From positions 1 to 64,000 of the forward strand of contig JAYWIR010000034.1 of assembly GCA_036172245.1 (NCBI GenBank): a stretch of DNA of 64,000 bases. The letters are read 5' to 3'. Position numbers and translations under genes: made by a program. The DNA comes from Raillietiella orientalis (Eukaryota). The notes under the pieces are model-generated. The model saw only the letters and a list, made by a program, of their open reading frames with translations, was not told the DNA's origin and did not search any database. How positions within the stretch are numbered: the stretch's first letter is position 1; each line of letters begins with the position of its first letter. Positions 41,150 through 55,199 of the stretch are shown piece after piece.

Positions 41150-42230
41150 AGGCACCCTCGGACAGCACACAAGTCACCAGAACGATTCCGTACTTTGCCG
41201 ACAATCCGTACATTCTCCGAACGACCACTCAGATGTGTCACATTGCAGGAACACATTCAACGTAAAATCCACATCGAGCATTTCGTTGCATGGGAGATTC
41301 GTACTCTCCCAATCGCAGTTCATGTCACCCTGTTCCGCGACAATTGGGAAGCCACTCCATCCACCATTCACCTAGCTCGCCTGCATCCCAAACTCTCACA
41401 TCAGTGGCCTTCTAGGAAGCAATCGTCACACAGGGGTCAGCTTTCTTTGCTGCCAACCCAACCAAGCCTTCCCCATCGGACTCAACAGCGAGCTGCGGAA
41501 AACTCCCAAGCATTCCTTCTCATTGGGCTCTGGGATATGCACTCGTGTTCCTCCTACGCCAACGCGATCGGGCGAAGTGGTTGATCTGGACTGCGCCTCT
41601 ACCTCTTGTTTCCTGAAAGGACAAATGCTGATCCGCCGCAGCTTCCTGCATTCTTCAGAATCCGGAAGGGATTCTCCAGCGGCTGTCTCGCGGCTTCTCT
41701 CAGACCTGTTGTTCGCATGAACGCTCGGCATCCGTTCCTTAGAGCAAAACATTTCGAATTTCCTTCCTGGAGTGGGAAACAGTCTGGAAACGCCATGCGT
41801 GGTAACGAGAGGCACGTGGCATCCTCGGATTTATCGATACACATTATGAAATATATCTATAAAATGAATTTGCATGCTTAAAACCAAAAATGTATTTATA
41901 TACACACGAATGTATACGTCTACCAACACTCGCATTCACATATGCAATAAGCAACTGTATTCATTCTTTTCGTTCTCCCTTGCTCACATGCTGGCAACGT
42001 AAAGAACTTTCTCATCCTGATGATTCCTGCTCGTTACAAGGATCGCAGGTTCCCATCACATCGCAGTGATGTGCATGACACGGTGTGTGCATTTCCCTGC
42101 TTGCCAAATGCATTCTGATTTGGGAGTTTCCTGGTGCTCGAAGCTCTGCAAGGAGCTTGGAGAGTCCTAGGTTGTGCGTGCACCAGCTCGAAAGAGCGTA
42201 ACACGCTGGATTCGAAGCATCACCTTTCAG
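41150..42230 (+). mobile_element. Decayed non-LTR AP-endonuclease region
   Basis: CVTLQEH (41234), AFLLIGLWD (GDxN-like, about 41510) and FIDTH; homologous to the reverse complement of 44900-45690. Confidence 0.5.
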
Positions 42231-43829
42231 GTTGAGATTCCCCTACTCTCTCCATTCCCACGGATTCTCATCTCAAGTGCACGGTTCACCGTGTTTTCAT
42301 CCCTTGATCTTCCGTTGCCACTTCGTGACAACCGAAGATCCAATCTGGATTCTGCAACTTTGTCATTACCATCCAGGAGGTTTCGTCATCACCCCCGAGC
42401 GCTAACAAAAGAAAGGATTCCTGTAGGTTCTTTCCGTGGAAACTGGCTCACCTCACGCAGTCACCAGACTTGAACGGGCACCCACTGTGTTTCTCTTGAG
42501 CTACGGAAACCCTGACGAACGATTGCGCATGCAGCTGCCTTGTAGACTGCTGCAGATTGGAAGAGGATGTCGCGTCGATGAGGACACGTGGATTTGTTGA
42601 GTTCTTGAGTAGGTTGATGCTGATGAGACCTAGGAGGAAGAAATTCCACACTCCCTGTCATTTCGACCTGCATATCTTTGGAGAAATCCAAATACCCGAA
42701 GAATTGCTGGAACATGCAAACCATGTAAAGTGGCCCTCTCTTGCAGTATCGACAATTGAACAGGAAGTAAACGGACCGCCGCAGCTGATTTCTTCCAGTA
42801 CTGCAAGCCTATTTGCTGAATACTTGTCTAAGTTTTTGTCGTTCCCTTTTCTTCTGCAAGCAGGATTACCTCCAAGGTGGATGCCAGATTCTAAGGTGAA
42901 CATATGAAATGAGTCAATAGGAGTCCGGTTCTCCCAGGATTCAAGTGTCCTTTGGAAAACAGAATCATTAGAAAACGGTCCACTTCGCGCGGACTTTGGA
43001 TTTCGACATCCACTTTTGCTAAATGGGCAAGCAGGGGGCGATGCAAAGCCCGTCGTTCATTGCATTTCGAAGACGGGATTGTTTTTACCGCCAACGCACA
43101 CCTCCATCTTCTACTAGAGTTTTCGGACATGAGTGGATTTTAACCCTTCTCCCCGCTGAATGAGAAGGGAAGACACTCGCATGAAAGGTTGGCCCGTGGT
43201 AAAAGCCTTTCGTGTGGCCAGTTGACCGTTAGAGTGGCCAGCTCCATTTCCTTGAATGAGTCCCTTGGCATGGTGGTATCCTCAAATCGATTGTTGGCGG
43301 TGAATCCTGGAAAAGATACATTTTTCTGTCCATCCCTCTATTGAAAATTGTCATCTCATCTGTATGTGCGATGGCAAGTTGTCTCATCAGATGCCAAACG
43401 GAAGATTTGAATTTTCCAATTGCAAAGTCGTCCTAACGTGGTTTCCATTCCGTCGATGCCTGAAGATAGAGAGGGCTGCAGTTTCTGCGACCCTTCCTGG
43501 CATAAGAACTGCTCCCAGGCTTGTCGAGACCCACGTGATGGTAATCTCCAGACAAAACACGCATATATTGAACACAAGTCCTGCGCATAACGGACGGATG
43601 CTACGCAGTTGAACCGCTGAAGTAATCAACAAACTGCCCTTTCGAATGTGTGTTGTAGGGTGTTCGGCAATCTCATGTATTGCGTGGCATGTACACACGA
43701 CGGGGTGTAATCTTCAATATCGAGTTTGCCATCAATCGCTGTTGCAGATATAAAGTTTGCTTCAAACTACATGCTTTCTCATTTTCAGCTCCACCCGTTA
43801 GATTTGTGGACTTTTTCTGCCCTGCGGTA

Positions 43830-44190
43830 AAATGCCTGTCCCCTCCGCAGCAGCATTTCGTAGCTGCAGATCCAAGAGAAATCCCGAAGACAGCTCTTTC
43901 GCAGAACTGTCGAGTCTGAGCATACCATCCGTGTTCATCCCACAATTTTTTTTTTCGTCTTGTTATTAGAAGATGAGACTGCACAGAGGATTTTGATTAT
44001 CTGCAACCTAAGGCGGGAATCTCTAAATTGGATTTTTTGATTGCGGCATGGATGTGTAAACTTCCTCCTTTTTCGGGTGGGCTGGCGAGCAGCAAAATCT
44101 TCTAGAATTGCGCGACGTAGTGGGATTGCAAATATCTCCACGGGGAAAAAGACTTCTCGTTTCCGGTCTGTTGACCACCAGGTTGAGGAA
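43830..44190 (-). repeat. Dispersed repeat, inverted homolog of 59636-59990 and partly of 55886-56000
   Basis: Shared translation WSTD.KR.VFFPVE.FAIPL.R.IL...AARQP.RKRRKFTHPCRNQKIQFRDS and shared CTGTCTTCGGGATTTCTCTTGGATCTGCAGCTACGAAATG. Confidence 0.85.
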
Positions 44191-44229
44191 ACTAGAAAAA
44201 AATAGGTCCCGAGCAAACACTCTCACGAA

Positions 44230-45700
44230 CTACCATTCGTACACGGCGGCATTGCCGATCCCATTCTGTTGGATAAGATCCTCTACACCCTCCCAAGCAT
44301 CCTGGAGAGACCTCTGTGGATCCTGTCAGGTGTAGTCATAACAACGAGATGACTACCTTGAAAGGCAAGCGCAGTGCGCCTTCTCACGCGATCTCCGGAC
44401 GTGCCGCCTTCCGATTCCCTCCACAAGATGACAGTCGCAACCTCTGTGGTTTCAGTCCCAGCTCTGTCCGCCGGCGTCGCAGCGCGGTGCGTCCAGGTCG
44501 CTGTCCACGGAACAGAGAACGAGGCTCTTGCGACCGTAAGGATACGGCACAACGTTGAGGCAGCTGTTAGCCCTCAGCGTTCGCAGAGGCAGGAATAACT
44601 CCTGTGCTACGTGCGACAGTGGGACTCCGATCAGGAGGGAATGCGAGTCTCCTGTGTGAGAGGAGCGCGCTAATCGTGCGAAAAGAGGCCTGCCCCAAGC
44701 GAATGCTTGTTGGCAGGCCTTCTGAGGTGAAAGAACACGGATGTGCCATTCTCCTCGAGATGCTCGGAAGCATGAGGCTCGGCATTGCGGCTTCTGATGT
44801 GGCGGATGGCTGCTGGGTGTAAACGTTCGGCCTGTGCCATCCGTGCACTACGGAAGCGAGCAATCACAGCCTTTGGTCGTGTCAGGGAGATCCTTGGCAT
44901 GGATGCGGCCGTGCGTCCCCACCTGCGCGTTGAGCCCTTTCGCCCTGGTACTTCTACAGGTGACCCCTAGCTCCCGTGCAGAGCTTGGAGTACCAATGAA
45001 CACCCAAATCAGAACGGGTGTGCTTAGACAAGAAATGCAGACCTGAGGCGAATTCGGGTCGTCTATGTCACTGTGAGATGGCTAGACTCCGTTGATCCGT
45101 GTAACACAACATCAAGAAGCTCAGCCCGTTTCTGCGATGTAGGCAGAAAAGAAAATAATGAACACATTGCTTATTGTATATACGTTGATGTGCGCGTTCA
45201 TATCAATGTATGCAATGAGCAAAATGTTAACATGAATATATTGGATGTCTTTCTGATTCTGAATATATAGACTTTTTTTTTAGATACAACTCATAAGTGT
45301 TCATCTGAAGAGGACCTCCCTCTTGTTACCGTGCATGGCCTTTCCACGCAGTCACTCTCTCCAGGAAGGGGTCCGAAGCCGAGCGGTTGCGGGTCGTTCT
45401 GGAGAAGAACAAGTCTTGGAGTGAGCGTGGAATCACCAGGGGTGTCCCCACCCTTCCGTGTTCTAAAGAATGCTGGAAGCTGCGGCATCCATCCTCTAAG
45501 GAAACCGCAAGCCAAGGAGAGGTTCGGGCCACCCCCTCCATCCTCTGCGTTGCTGAAGAAACACGAGTGCACTTCCCACCGTCCAACGATCAGGAATGCT
45601 TGGCAGCTTTCCGCAGCTCGCCTTTGCGCAAGAAGGGTTGGGTCAGCAGGAAAGAGGGCTGAAAGAAGAGCAGTCGTCTCCTGCAGGAAAGCAGTCAGTA
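44230..45700 (-). mobile_element. Decayed non-LTR ORF2 (endonuclease to linker)
   Basis: AFLIVGRW and PQLPAFFR are shared with the 41 kb copy. Downstream IRSR......EENGTSVFFHL resembles the L1/Tx1 linker RSR...E..T..FF. Confidence 0.5.
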
Positions 45701-45949
45701 GTATCGAGTCATTGATTCTCCCAGAGTAATCCAGATAATAAAAAAGAATGCAATTTGCTGTTGCTGGGGCATCTTTAAAAAAAAGGGATGATGGCACATC
45801 TTTTTGTTATTAAAATACTGAACGAAGCTCTAATAGTTGGACCTTTAGAAACCACCATAAAATAGAACTTGAATCCACACGTTTGGAAAAATCAATAACC
45901 TGAAATTACTGCTGACTATTGATCATGGATATCTTCTATTTGCATAAAA

Positions 45950-46530
45950 ATAAAATACTTTTGCTCCTTAGTTTACAATCCATGATTTGAAACGACCTTT
46001 TGAAATTGTTTCTGGATATGATTACTTGACAACTTGGAGGATGCTGTCTAAGAAGTCGGAAATGAAGAATATGCATTTGTGATTTGTGGTGAGAAAGTCA
46101 GCATTTTGAGGTTAGGTCCATTCCGGTCGGCTCACTGCATAATCTCCAAAAAATAGTTTCACGGTGCTGTTTGTTCCTAAAGACCACTCGTGAGAAGGTG
46201 ACCGTTGAAGCAGCCATTTTTTGCTTTATGCTGGCGACTTCTACTCAGTATCCCATTTATCAAGACGCGGTGTATCGGAAGATTTTCATAACGGAACTTT
46301 TTGTGCCAATTCGCGTGATAAACACAATCGATTTGCCTTACGCACAGTGCAGAAGAAATCCCGATATTGGATTTTTTGATCATCTTTCAGCATCTCTCTA
46401 CCTACTATGCTGTCTGCATTGTATCTGGGATCTAGGAAACAGGTTGAAAACTTGCGATGCGACTGCCCCCCTGACGAAGGAAATTTGTCATATCTGCAGT
46501 ATTTATTTATGTCAGCATCCGAAAATACTC
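45950..46530 (+). mobile_element. Decayed piggyBac-like transposase C-terminus
   Basis: AIFCFML followed by CLHC...CHICSIYLCQH cysteine-rich domain. Confidence 0.4.
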
Positions 46531-46849
46531 AAATTTCGCTACCTATACGAGGGTTTTTTTTTTCTTAGGATTTTTCGGTAATTGCATTTCTCTTTGGATG
46601 AGTGCAAATGTTGCACTTGTAACCAAAGCAAATGTCGGAGCTGGTAGGATTCCTAAAGGAATGATTCCTTGGTGAAGTAACACACCCATTTCTCACAGGA
46701 TATTCAAGACAAAAAGCACGTATTTGCATTTTTTTTTAACTGTTATTTTGCTGTAGCTCTCTGGTGATACTGTGCATAGCTGGTTTTGTTGAGGAAGTTT
46801 TTGATGCAGAGTCGGCAGATGTTTCTTTGAAGAAGGCTTTTCCTTGTAT

Positions 46850-49800
46850 TTAAACCTATCATATGTTGAGCAAGCAGCATCTGCCTGTTTTGAGGAGCAA
46901 AATGGGAATCTTCTTGTAATTCTTTTTTGTGACAATAAGATGGAAGTTCGGTTCTTCACAGATCGTTCCATCTAACAGACGGATGCATGCTTCTCGAGGG
47001 GTCGATTCCATTTCCAAGATGAGAATGCTGAAAAAGTGGACGAATGCATCGCTAAAATCGAAGTGAAGAAACGAGTAGAAATGCATTTGTTAGAAAGATT
47101 ATATAAAGAATGAAGCACGACGAAGTATGAACAGAGTATTTCAATAAATAACTCACGTTATCAAATTTGCGTTTCCACAAGAGATGCTAATAAAGCATGA
47201 TACCCAATAGTTAGTTAGCAGCTCATCAAAATGATTAGTAATGGTTACATGTATTAGTAATTTTGATGAATTTCATTACTATTTCAATGAAACATGATTC
47301 CTTTCTCGTCCTCCTGCTCTGCATCCTTGAATTGTAGTAAGCGTTTTGATTTTTTTTAGTTTTTTTCTAGAAAAAGGGGTTGCTCGAAATATTTCGCAAA
47401 AATAATTTCGCCTCACTACAAAATAAGCATATACCTTCCTTAAAACTTGAACTTTGTACTGCAATTATTGGCCAGTCATCTATATGCACAGAGCGGAAGT
47501 GCTTCGCATGCTGGCAATGCACTTTCCGGTGACACAGAATGGACGCGCCCTAAGATATCGATCGAGTTTCTGGACATGAAACAGTATTGCACGCTCGTCA
47601 AATGAGGTGGCCACTGGATACATGAATCCAAATACACAATATATACGTACATACACTAGTGTTTGAAGAACACACGACATGGGGATTTTGTGGTAAACAA
47701 ATTGTCGTAGAACCGTCTGACGTTGAAAGTGTTAGCCATGGTAAAAAGTGAGTTTCATCTTTTATACTTAAAATGACTGGGACGTTTTTAAAAATGAATG
47801 GCCTCAGCTTTCTTGTGAAAGCAAAATGTACTGAGTGTTTTTCAAAGGCTCATAATGATATGGCTTTCAGCATTTTTTGCGAATTGATTGCTCTGGCCCT
47901 TAATTCTGGTTCTCGAGAAGCACCGACTATCGCATGGAAAGTTGTGCTACAAGTTGCACCCTATTTTATTTAAAACGGGGCTGAGGATTTTTAATGCATC
48001 CAATCCCTTTTTTTTTTCTATCACGTACGCTTCTCGTGCTGTTCAACTATATACAGCTCTTCTACAGCTTTTGATGCCTACAGATATGCATCGTAAGAGT
48101 TTCATGGACTGACCAAAAATGTGGAAAGCATATTTAAGAGCAGTGCGTTCTTCTCGATTCATAGAAAGTGTGGGAAAAGAACTGCAAACTCGAAATGGTT
48201 TGGCGGAACATATCTACGAATTTCTATTATCTCAGCTGGTGTTCCACGAATACGCGTTCGAAATGACAAATTTTACATCCAAAGAAAACGAGGTCCACGA
48301 AAAAGCAATAACCAAATGTGCTTCTGCTGATCAGCATAAAAATTTGTGACTGTGTTGAAAAGAGTGAATCGTTCCATTTCGATATCATTCTTTCTGTTTT
48401 CATAAGCATCGCAAACTGCAATCTATGAGAACTACAGCGGAAGACAAATTTTCGCGCAATCTCAGTATCTGTTGGAACATTTGAAACTCATTTTCCGAAT
48501 CGTGGTGTGGCTTTGGAGCGAATGTTTAGAAACAGAGTCTAAAAAAACATCTATATTGCTGAAATGATTTGGTATGAACAAACCCAGTTGTTTCTTATAC
48601 CTAATGTAATGTCGTTGTTCAGCTACATTCGAAGAGTTGAAAAGAAATGATTCTGAAGCAGCATGTTGATTCCTGAATCTTGCTGATGTAGCGTGTCACG
48701 AATGATCTATTTAAATAAACAACAGATATTGAGATTCAACTTTTTCTGACTAAAATGCGATTCTAAATGGTCCACCCTCAGTTTCTTTGATTTTCCAAGA
48801 CTCGCGTCATTTAAGTAAAGCATCTGTAGTCAGAGCTTTTCATCTGCTAATACATCCAAATACAGCGCAACTCTTCATCTTCCACATTTTTCAAATCTCC
48901 TCGGTAAAGGTGTTCAGCGATTGAGTTTTGGAAACAGCTTATATGCATCCTTGAATTCTGTCAGTGAAATGAAATTTCCTTCCGATTTTCAGTGGATAGG
49001 GAACGGCCATATTTTTGTGACTCATCTTATTCCATACAGTAATATACCTCAGACACTAGAACTATGAATTAAATTCACTTTTCCTGAAAGGAAGTGTGAG
49101 TTTCATTCGTAGTTGTCTGACCTGTCACCTTTTTAATAATCATGCCAGTTGTACCTGATGTTTGTTCCACACTTGGGATTTATTTGTTACATTTTTCTCA
49201 CCTCTGGGCTGCAAGCTTCACTGATTTCTACGAGGAAGACTGCCTTGAAACCAAAAAATCAATTCTTTTCTTCTTTTTGAATTTTCATATGATCTTCATA
49301 TGATCATTTCATTCTCATTGCTTTGTCTGTTCTTGTAACATTTGGTAGTTTTGATTGCGGACTGCACTTGCAAGCAACTCTACTGATTCTATCCACAGCG
49401 TTCTTTGTTTCACCATTTTCTCGGAGTTGCGGTGAAGTTTTTCAGCCAACATTCTTGCATACTGTATTCAATCAGTTTTAGCTCAGAGATGAGTTGGTGC
49501 AAACTCAATTTTTGAGGAACTTTGTGTTCCTGAAGCTGCTCATGAATCCAAGCCAACCCAGTGCTTGCCAGCGAGGAAGTTTGGCCTCATATTTTTCCTT
49601 CACCGATGTGAAATCTGGTCTGGCATATACGCACGGGCACATACCTTATAAAAACAATTCTTCCACTTGGAGTCCATCTTTCATAGAGCTAGCTTTTCTC
49701 TATCTGGAGAGAATTGCTGGTTGCCAAAAGTCGAAACTTGGGACCTGTCGAAGTTTCGCTATCGCCTCAACAACCACATTATCATCCCTAAACTTTCTCT

Positions 49801-50290
49801 CATGGACAGCATTCTTCAAGGAGCTAAACTGATGCCATAAGGTGAAATTTTGGTGGTATGGTGGACAAACGCAAGATCACTTGCCATCCACTGCATCTAT
49901 TTCAGTTTTGGGTTTCTTCAAATGGACTCATTGGTGATCATGAATTTTTTTTTCAACTCTCCCAAGCAACATTCCGCTCAAGCAGCACTTGGGGTTGTTG
50001 CAGTTTCATGTAAGTGAAATTTCTTCCTTAAAAGCACAATCCAGCTTTAACTCCTTATACAGCACATCAGTTTAAAAAGTTTACTCTTAGGTTGATTGAC
50101 TACTTCTTGAGCATGGACGATTGATGTGCAGTAAAGTAATAACTTCAGGAGCAGTGTTTCTAATGTTTTTAGATTGTATGCATTGCCGTTCTTCACAACA
50201 TGGAACTGTGGAGTCAAAGCCAATGAATGTTTCTGTTTCAGATTTTGTGTCTGATGCATGCATGCATATCCGTGTTTTCCTCGACAATCT
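46850..50290 (-). mobile_element. Decayed P-element/THAP9-like transposase
   Basis: Minus-strand motifs in order: possible THAP start (TVPCC, about 50200), LADE (about 48845), PHFL*IEKNALL (48174-48139) and RVQLVAQLS (47962-47936). Boundaries approximate. Confidence 0.5.
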
Positions 50291-52103
50291 ATATTAACAA
50301 CACAATAATTTACGAATGTGACTTCACATCCGCCAAGATGGAAATCAGGGGTGGATAAGATATGCGGAATTCTATGTAAGACTATCTACAACATGCATAA
50401 TTAAAAATTCTTTTTGCAGCCATGCAAAACCCGTAAACTTCGCCGCGCCGCTGATTTATGCATCGCTAGAATTTCCACTCAGCATGATAAAATATTTCTA
50501 ACCTCTGGATGGGTTTCCAATAACGCCGGATGTCGCGGGAAAACCGCTAAGTTGGCAACCCTGCTCAGAACGAATTGTGCCCATGACCCTATGGCTTATT
50601 AGTATGTGTTTGTGTTGCGTACGGAAGTGAATTGCCGAGTAATGGGCACTGATACGAGAGCGGAGACAGCGTGCTAAGAGAATGAAAGAAGAATTTCCGT
50701 GTTTCGTAAAGTGAAGTAACGCAGTAAATTGGCATCCATTCACAGTCACCGGGACGTTTATTTCCAAGGGAAAAAAAAAGTCTTGCAGCAAACGAACACT
50801 CTTCCATCCCTCTGTATTTATAAATCCAACAAACGAACAGGCTAAAAATGCACTGTTGCCTTGGCAACATGAAAGGCAACATCCTCGCATTCTTCTGTGA
50901 ACATTTGCGCGGCTGCGTTGAGTTTGTTGCATGCTATTCTTGAGAAAAACAAAACCGACAGAGTTCCGATGAAATGGAGAAAGAAGGTGCCCTCTTCCTT
51001 CTGTATTCAAATTGCGAAGTGAATGGTTTTCCTAGTGGAGTAATACAGATTTATGCAAGATGTTTTATGAAACTTTGTGAGAGGCGGCATTCCGTTTTAT
51101 CAAGTTACCTGCTTTCCTTCGGAAAAATGTGAGTGATTTTCCTCCTCCATCTTATCACAGGTTTCTTTTTTGTGTTGACTTGCTTCTGCTTCAAGAGAGT
51201 AACACAGTCTTGAATGAGAGAAGTGGCTCCTGCTGCTTTGGGAGGTGGGATCTGCGGCAGAGGAGGTGGCATCATCTTGTACACCTTTTTTTTGCCTCCA
51301 TGTTTTCATTATGTCTGGTTTCGTATTCAATGTTTTAAGATGAGATGCCGGTCTGATGGATACAAAACTCGCACAAGTGCGCCCTCACTCGGGATCTTAG
51401 TGCTCAGCTCATGCACTTTTTGATCTGCATGTGAGGAGAAGGAGCCATCACCTGTATTATAGGAATTTTGGATTTTTCACATTCAAATTTGCAATCTTGT
51501 TTCTCCTCTTGGCTAACTTATTTGGTCTTTCATATCGATATCCTGGCGTCTCTCGTCATTCGAAGACGCTGCGCATTCTGGACATCTGCGTTGTTGATTT
51601 GCTAAATTCTGCTCCCTCGGCTAGCCTTTGTGACCCAATTTATTGCCCGAATCGCTTCTCCACAACTTGTAAGGAGCATTTCGATGGCGATGTTTGTACT
51701 GGATATCTTTCCCCACCACTCTGGCATTTCCCAAAACATTGGTGAATTCCGCCTCGAACCTAAATGAGGTTTCCATTTTTGAATACACAAAACTGGTGCT
51801 CATGCGTTTTTTCCCATACGGTTCTCAGCATTTCGTGAGTGACTCTATTCGTGGAAGCCAACTCGATCCTGCAATATTGCGTGGTCCTTCGCTGGCCTGG
51901 GCAATTGCTTGTGCCTGACTCCCACTGGAGGAGCATCAATCCTCTTGCTCTCAATCCCAACGATGAAGCAATGGACGCTTGGAGTCCTCAATGGTCACAC
52001 GCCGAGATCTGGGTGCTGCACTAACATCGTCCAGTATTCCTGCAAGGAGCAGTTTCAGAAAGTAGCATAGTGAGTTTGAATGCTGTATGTTGGATGTTTC
52101 AGA

Positions 52104-53380
52104 TCTCAATTATACAAGGAAGTTCCATCTACTTGCTGGCCAAGTGTTTGCACTCTTGAATATGAAGTTTCTTTGTGTGGTTTAGAAGAAATGCATCCAT
52201 TTGATTCAACATGAAAACATTTTCGTTCAGAGCATTCCGCTTTCAAATAGATTGTGGTCAGAAAGATTGGCTAACGTTTGTGTGAATCGGATGAGTAAAT
52301 ACTGCATCAATAGGTTGTCTTTTAAAAGACAAGAAATCTAGAGTTACAAAATACTTTTGTAACGACTGTCATTCACGTTATTGAGATATTTTAATACTTT
52401 GCTCCACACATTATAGTTTCACCATTTTGACATCTATTTTAGTCGACTGTTCTTTGATGAAATTTATTTTTGCTGAAATCACTAAATCACTTTAACGCTG
52501 TTCTCGTAGTCTCATTTGCACCAACCATTTTTGCTTATTCTCTATGAGAGGGATCCCTAATTGTCAAAAGTCCAATCATTCTAAATGTACAGGTGCTGCA
52601 TTGATAGAACAATCACTCATATACATCTTTGCCGTATTCATTCTCTATTTTGGCTTCTAGGATTAAACCAGTTTTGCTTCTTGAGAAGCAAATTGGCGTG
52701 ATGTTAAACTACTTTTGTTTGAGAATGTCTAGCAATTAAGTATGAATCTCATTTGTGGCCACAGCAGTTTTCTACTCCACTTGGTTTAATAGTATTCTTT
52801 TCGTTGATAATGCACTTTGTTCAATAATTCGCTTTTGTGACTATGATTTCAACACAGCAGTACTAAAATTTGCGAATTGGGAACATTGTTTGGGAGCTGT
52901 CAGGTGATATTCATTTGTAAGGTCATGGTTGCTGCTTTAGGACACAAAAGAGATTCTTTGCACAATGAACGAGTCTTCATTCTGAACTTGTGCAGTGAAT
53001 CGATTTAACCCGATACGAAAGCCAAGCGAACCATTAAAAAAAAAAAAATGTGATAGTTGAGCCTCAGACCAGAGATATTAAGTAGTCGTCTGAATCTGAA
53101 ATCTGGGAATTTGTATGGTATTTTGACATGAGAAAGTGTTTAGACATCAAGTCTACATTGGATTCCCTTGTCACTGCCTTTTCTACAGTGTAGGCACTGA
53201 CACATTACAAGGGGATCCTATTGCAGGATTGCAGCTTTCAAGACGAGGTGCTATTAGCCGTGATGAAATGATTTTTAAAATGGCAAAATCGAGAAGGATA
53301 CCGATAGTAACGGGTAACAAGTGTGGAGTAGTAGCGGAGACGATTTTCAAGTTTGCATCGAAAATCTCCAATCTACCTAT
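52104..53380 (+). pseudogene. HDAC11: Histone deacetylase 11 pseudogene, unprocessed
   Basis: Collinear blocks: QLYKEVPSTCWPSVCTLEYEVSLCGLEEMHPFDS (52107-52208), VIH..RYFNTL (about 52370), GHKRDSLHNERVFILNL...I*PDTKAKRTI (52940-53036) and YSVGTDTLQGDPIAGLQLSRRGAISRDEMIFKMAKSRRIPIV (53184-53309). AG acceptors precede several blocks; stops and frameshifts are present. Confidence 0.85.
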
Positions 53381-53599
53381 AAATGGAAATACATCGTTTT
53401 GGAACACTTACTTGAAAACGTCTAAATTTTCATTGTTAATACATGAATTCAGTTATTTCCTAATGCGTAAGAAGTCCCTTGCATATGGGAGCTCATATGC
53501 ATGTTTTCTTTTTCGATATTCATTTCACTCATTTTCAATTACGTAGCAATTGTTCCTTATGGTTGTCGAGGCAACCAGCCAAAAGAAAAACAAATTTCA

Positions 53600-54075
53600 G
53601 CGGAGTTTTTTTTTTTTTATCCATGTGCCGAACACACACACCATGCTGGAGTCGTGCGCCCTGATCTTCCTGCTCAGGTTCACCCCGGTCCTCTGAGTGA
53701 TGACGAGCTCGAGCACCTTGGTCACCTCGTCCTCTTGTAGAACGCGTACGAGCAGCATTTTCCTCTGGCCGGAGCACTGGAACATGCCTCCCACGGACAG
53801 TCGATGCACAGCTTCGCCTTGGCCTGTACGCAGCAGAAAAGTACGGATACTTGGTGACGACCATATTCGAGCCGTCCCTCAGGGCCTCGAAGGGCGCATA
53901 GTACGCGTCCTGGAAGGTGGGCGTGGCCGGGAACTGGTTCCACTCCCAGGAATCCTCGTCCTCGGGGACGCAGGCACGAGGGGACGAGGAGAGGTGCAAT
54001 CAGGGACGAGCACAGGGAACGCCTCGTCCTCATCCTCCAGGTAGCCCCCCTCTTCCGATCCTGACGCTTCCAACG
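53600..54075 (-). pseudogene. GC3-rich coding-like fragment of unknown family
   Basis: Frameshift-linked peptides YLEDEDEAFPVLVP / PEDEDSWEWNQFPATPTFQDAYYAPFEALRDGSNMVVTKYPYF / MLLVRVLQEDEVTKVLELVI form a sharp GC island. Confidence 0.35.
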
Positions 54076-55199
54076 CCTGCTGCTCTCGCTCCCCCTCCAG
54101 CTGTTCAGGTCACTTCGGAAGCCTCACTTGCAGCTGGTACCTCCATTCTTGTACGCCGGAAGAAGGAGCAGCATTTGTACGGAGAATACAAATTCCGCAA
54201 CTTGATCCATTGTACGAAACGGTAAAATTGATCGTAGATCATTCTTTGTAGATTTCATTGTAGATAAATTAACAATGGGCTTCGCATTCTAGCTGGGAAC
54301 CCACGAAAACTTCTTTCCGTCGGCACGCGGTATTTCGACGGTTGAAGTCGTTCTTTCTGTAGTGGAACAGATGTGATGAGGGCCTTTTCCACTTTCGTCC
54401 ACACCAAAGAACTCAGAAGGCAACAATGAAACACACTTAGGACTGTGGCACGTACGACATGTCACTGTTCCCACACCAGCACCACGAGGACAAGGCGCCC
54501 ATTCGAAGCGAAATTTAATTTTTGGTTCGCACTAACGTTCACATCAAGGAACTGTTGAGGAAAACGGACATTTGACTGCGAGCAGTCTGGCTAGCTTTCC
54601 TCAATTGAAGAATATTCTATTCTGAAAGAAAAAGCACGTTCACACAATCGCCGATTGCCGCCATTGGCTGTCTCTGGTCCCGAAGGGTCGCGCGTGCTCC
54701 CTTTCCGCATGCCGTGGTCGACCACGGCCCAGCCGCTCTCACTCGGTACGGAGAGCATCGTTCAGTGGCCATGCAGAATACTGCGAAAGAACAGCTACCA
54801 ACTTGCCTTGCGGCTGCACTGGCGAGATGTTCAAGGCTTTCACGGTTTCTTGTTTCTCACCATGGCTTGAGAGGCCGGAACTGGTTGTTCGACCGAACTT
54901 TGATCGACTTGCACGCGAAAGACCGGCACGTCGCTCGCTCCCTGCCTGCTCCCCGGGCGAAGTGATGGTTTGGAGAGTTATTTTTAGCAAAATTTGAATT
55001 TTTCATTCATGGCACTTATAGGATAGTGCATGTGTGTTTTTGTTAAATGCTATTGTGTATTTTTTTGGAGGTTTTTCAGTCGTTTAAAAAGGTGGAAAGT
55101 ATTCGGTTATGGCATCTATTGGAATAGCTGTTTTTTTTCTTCTCGTAGATGAGAAAATTTTTGAATCAACTTGAGCAAAAACCATCTGTTTTGGTTTCG

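Noticed and set aside
42400..42560. Possible gag zinc knuckle (HSGCPFKSGDCVR, minus strand)
   Set aside because: Too degenerate, with no LTR, protease or RT context.
51100..52050. Exon-like minus-strand segments with splice-like ends
   Set aside because: Multiple stops and no recognisable homology.
29650..54075. Composite piggyBac-virus element linking the piggyBac relics and orphan ORFs
   Set aside because: No viral hallmark genes, TIRs or continuity were found.
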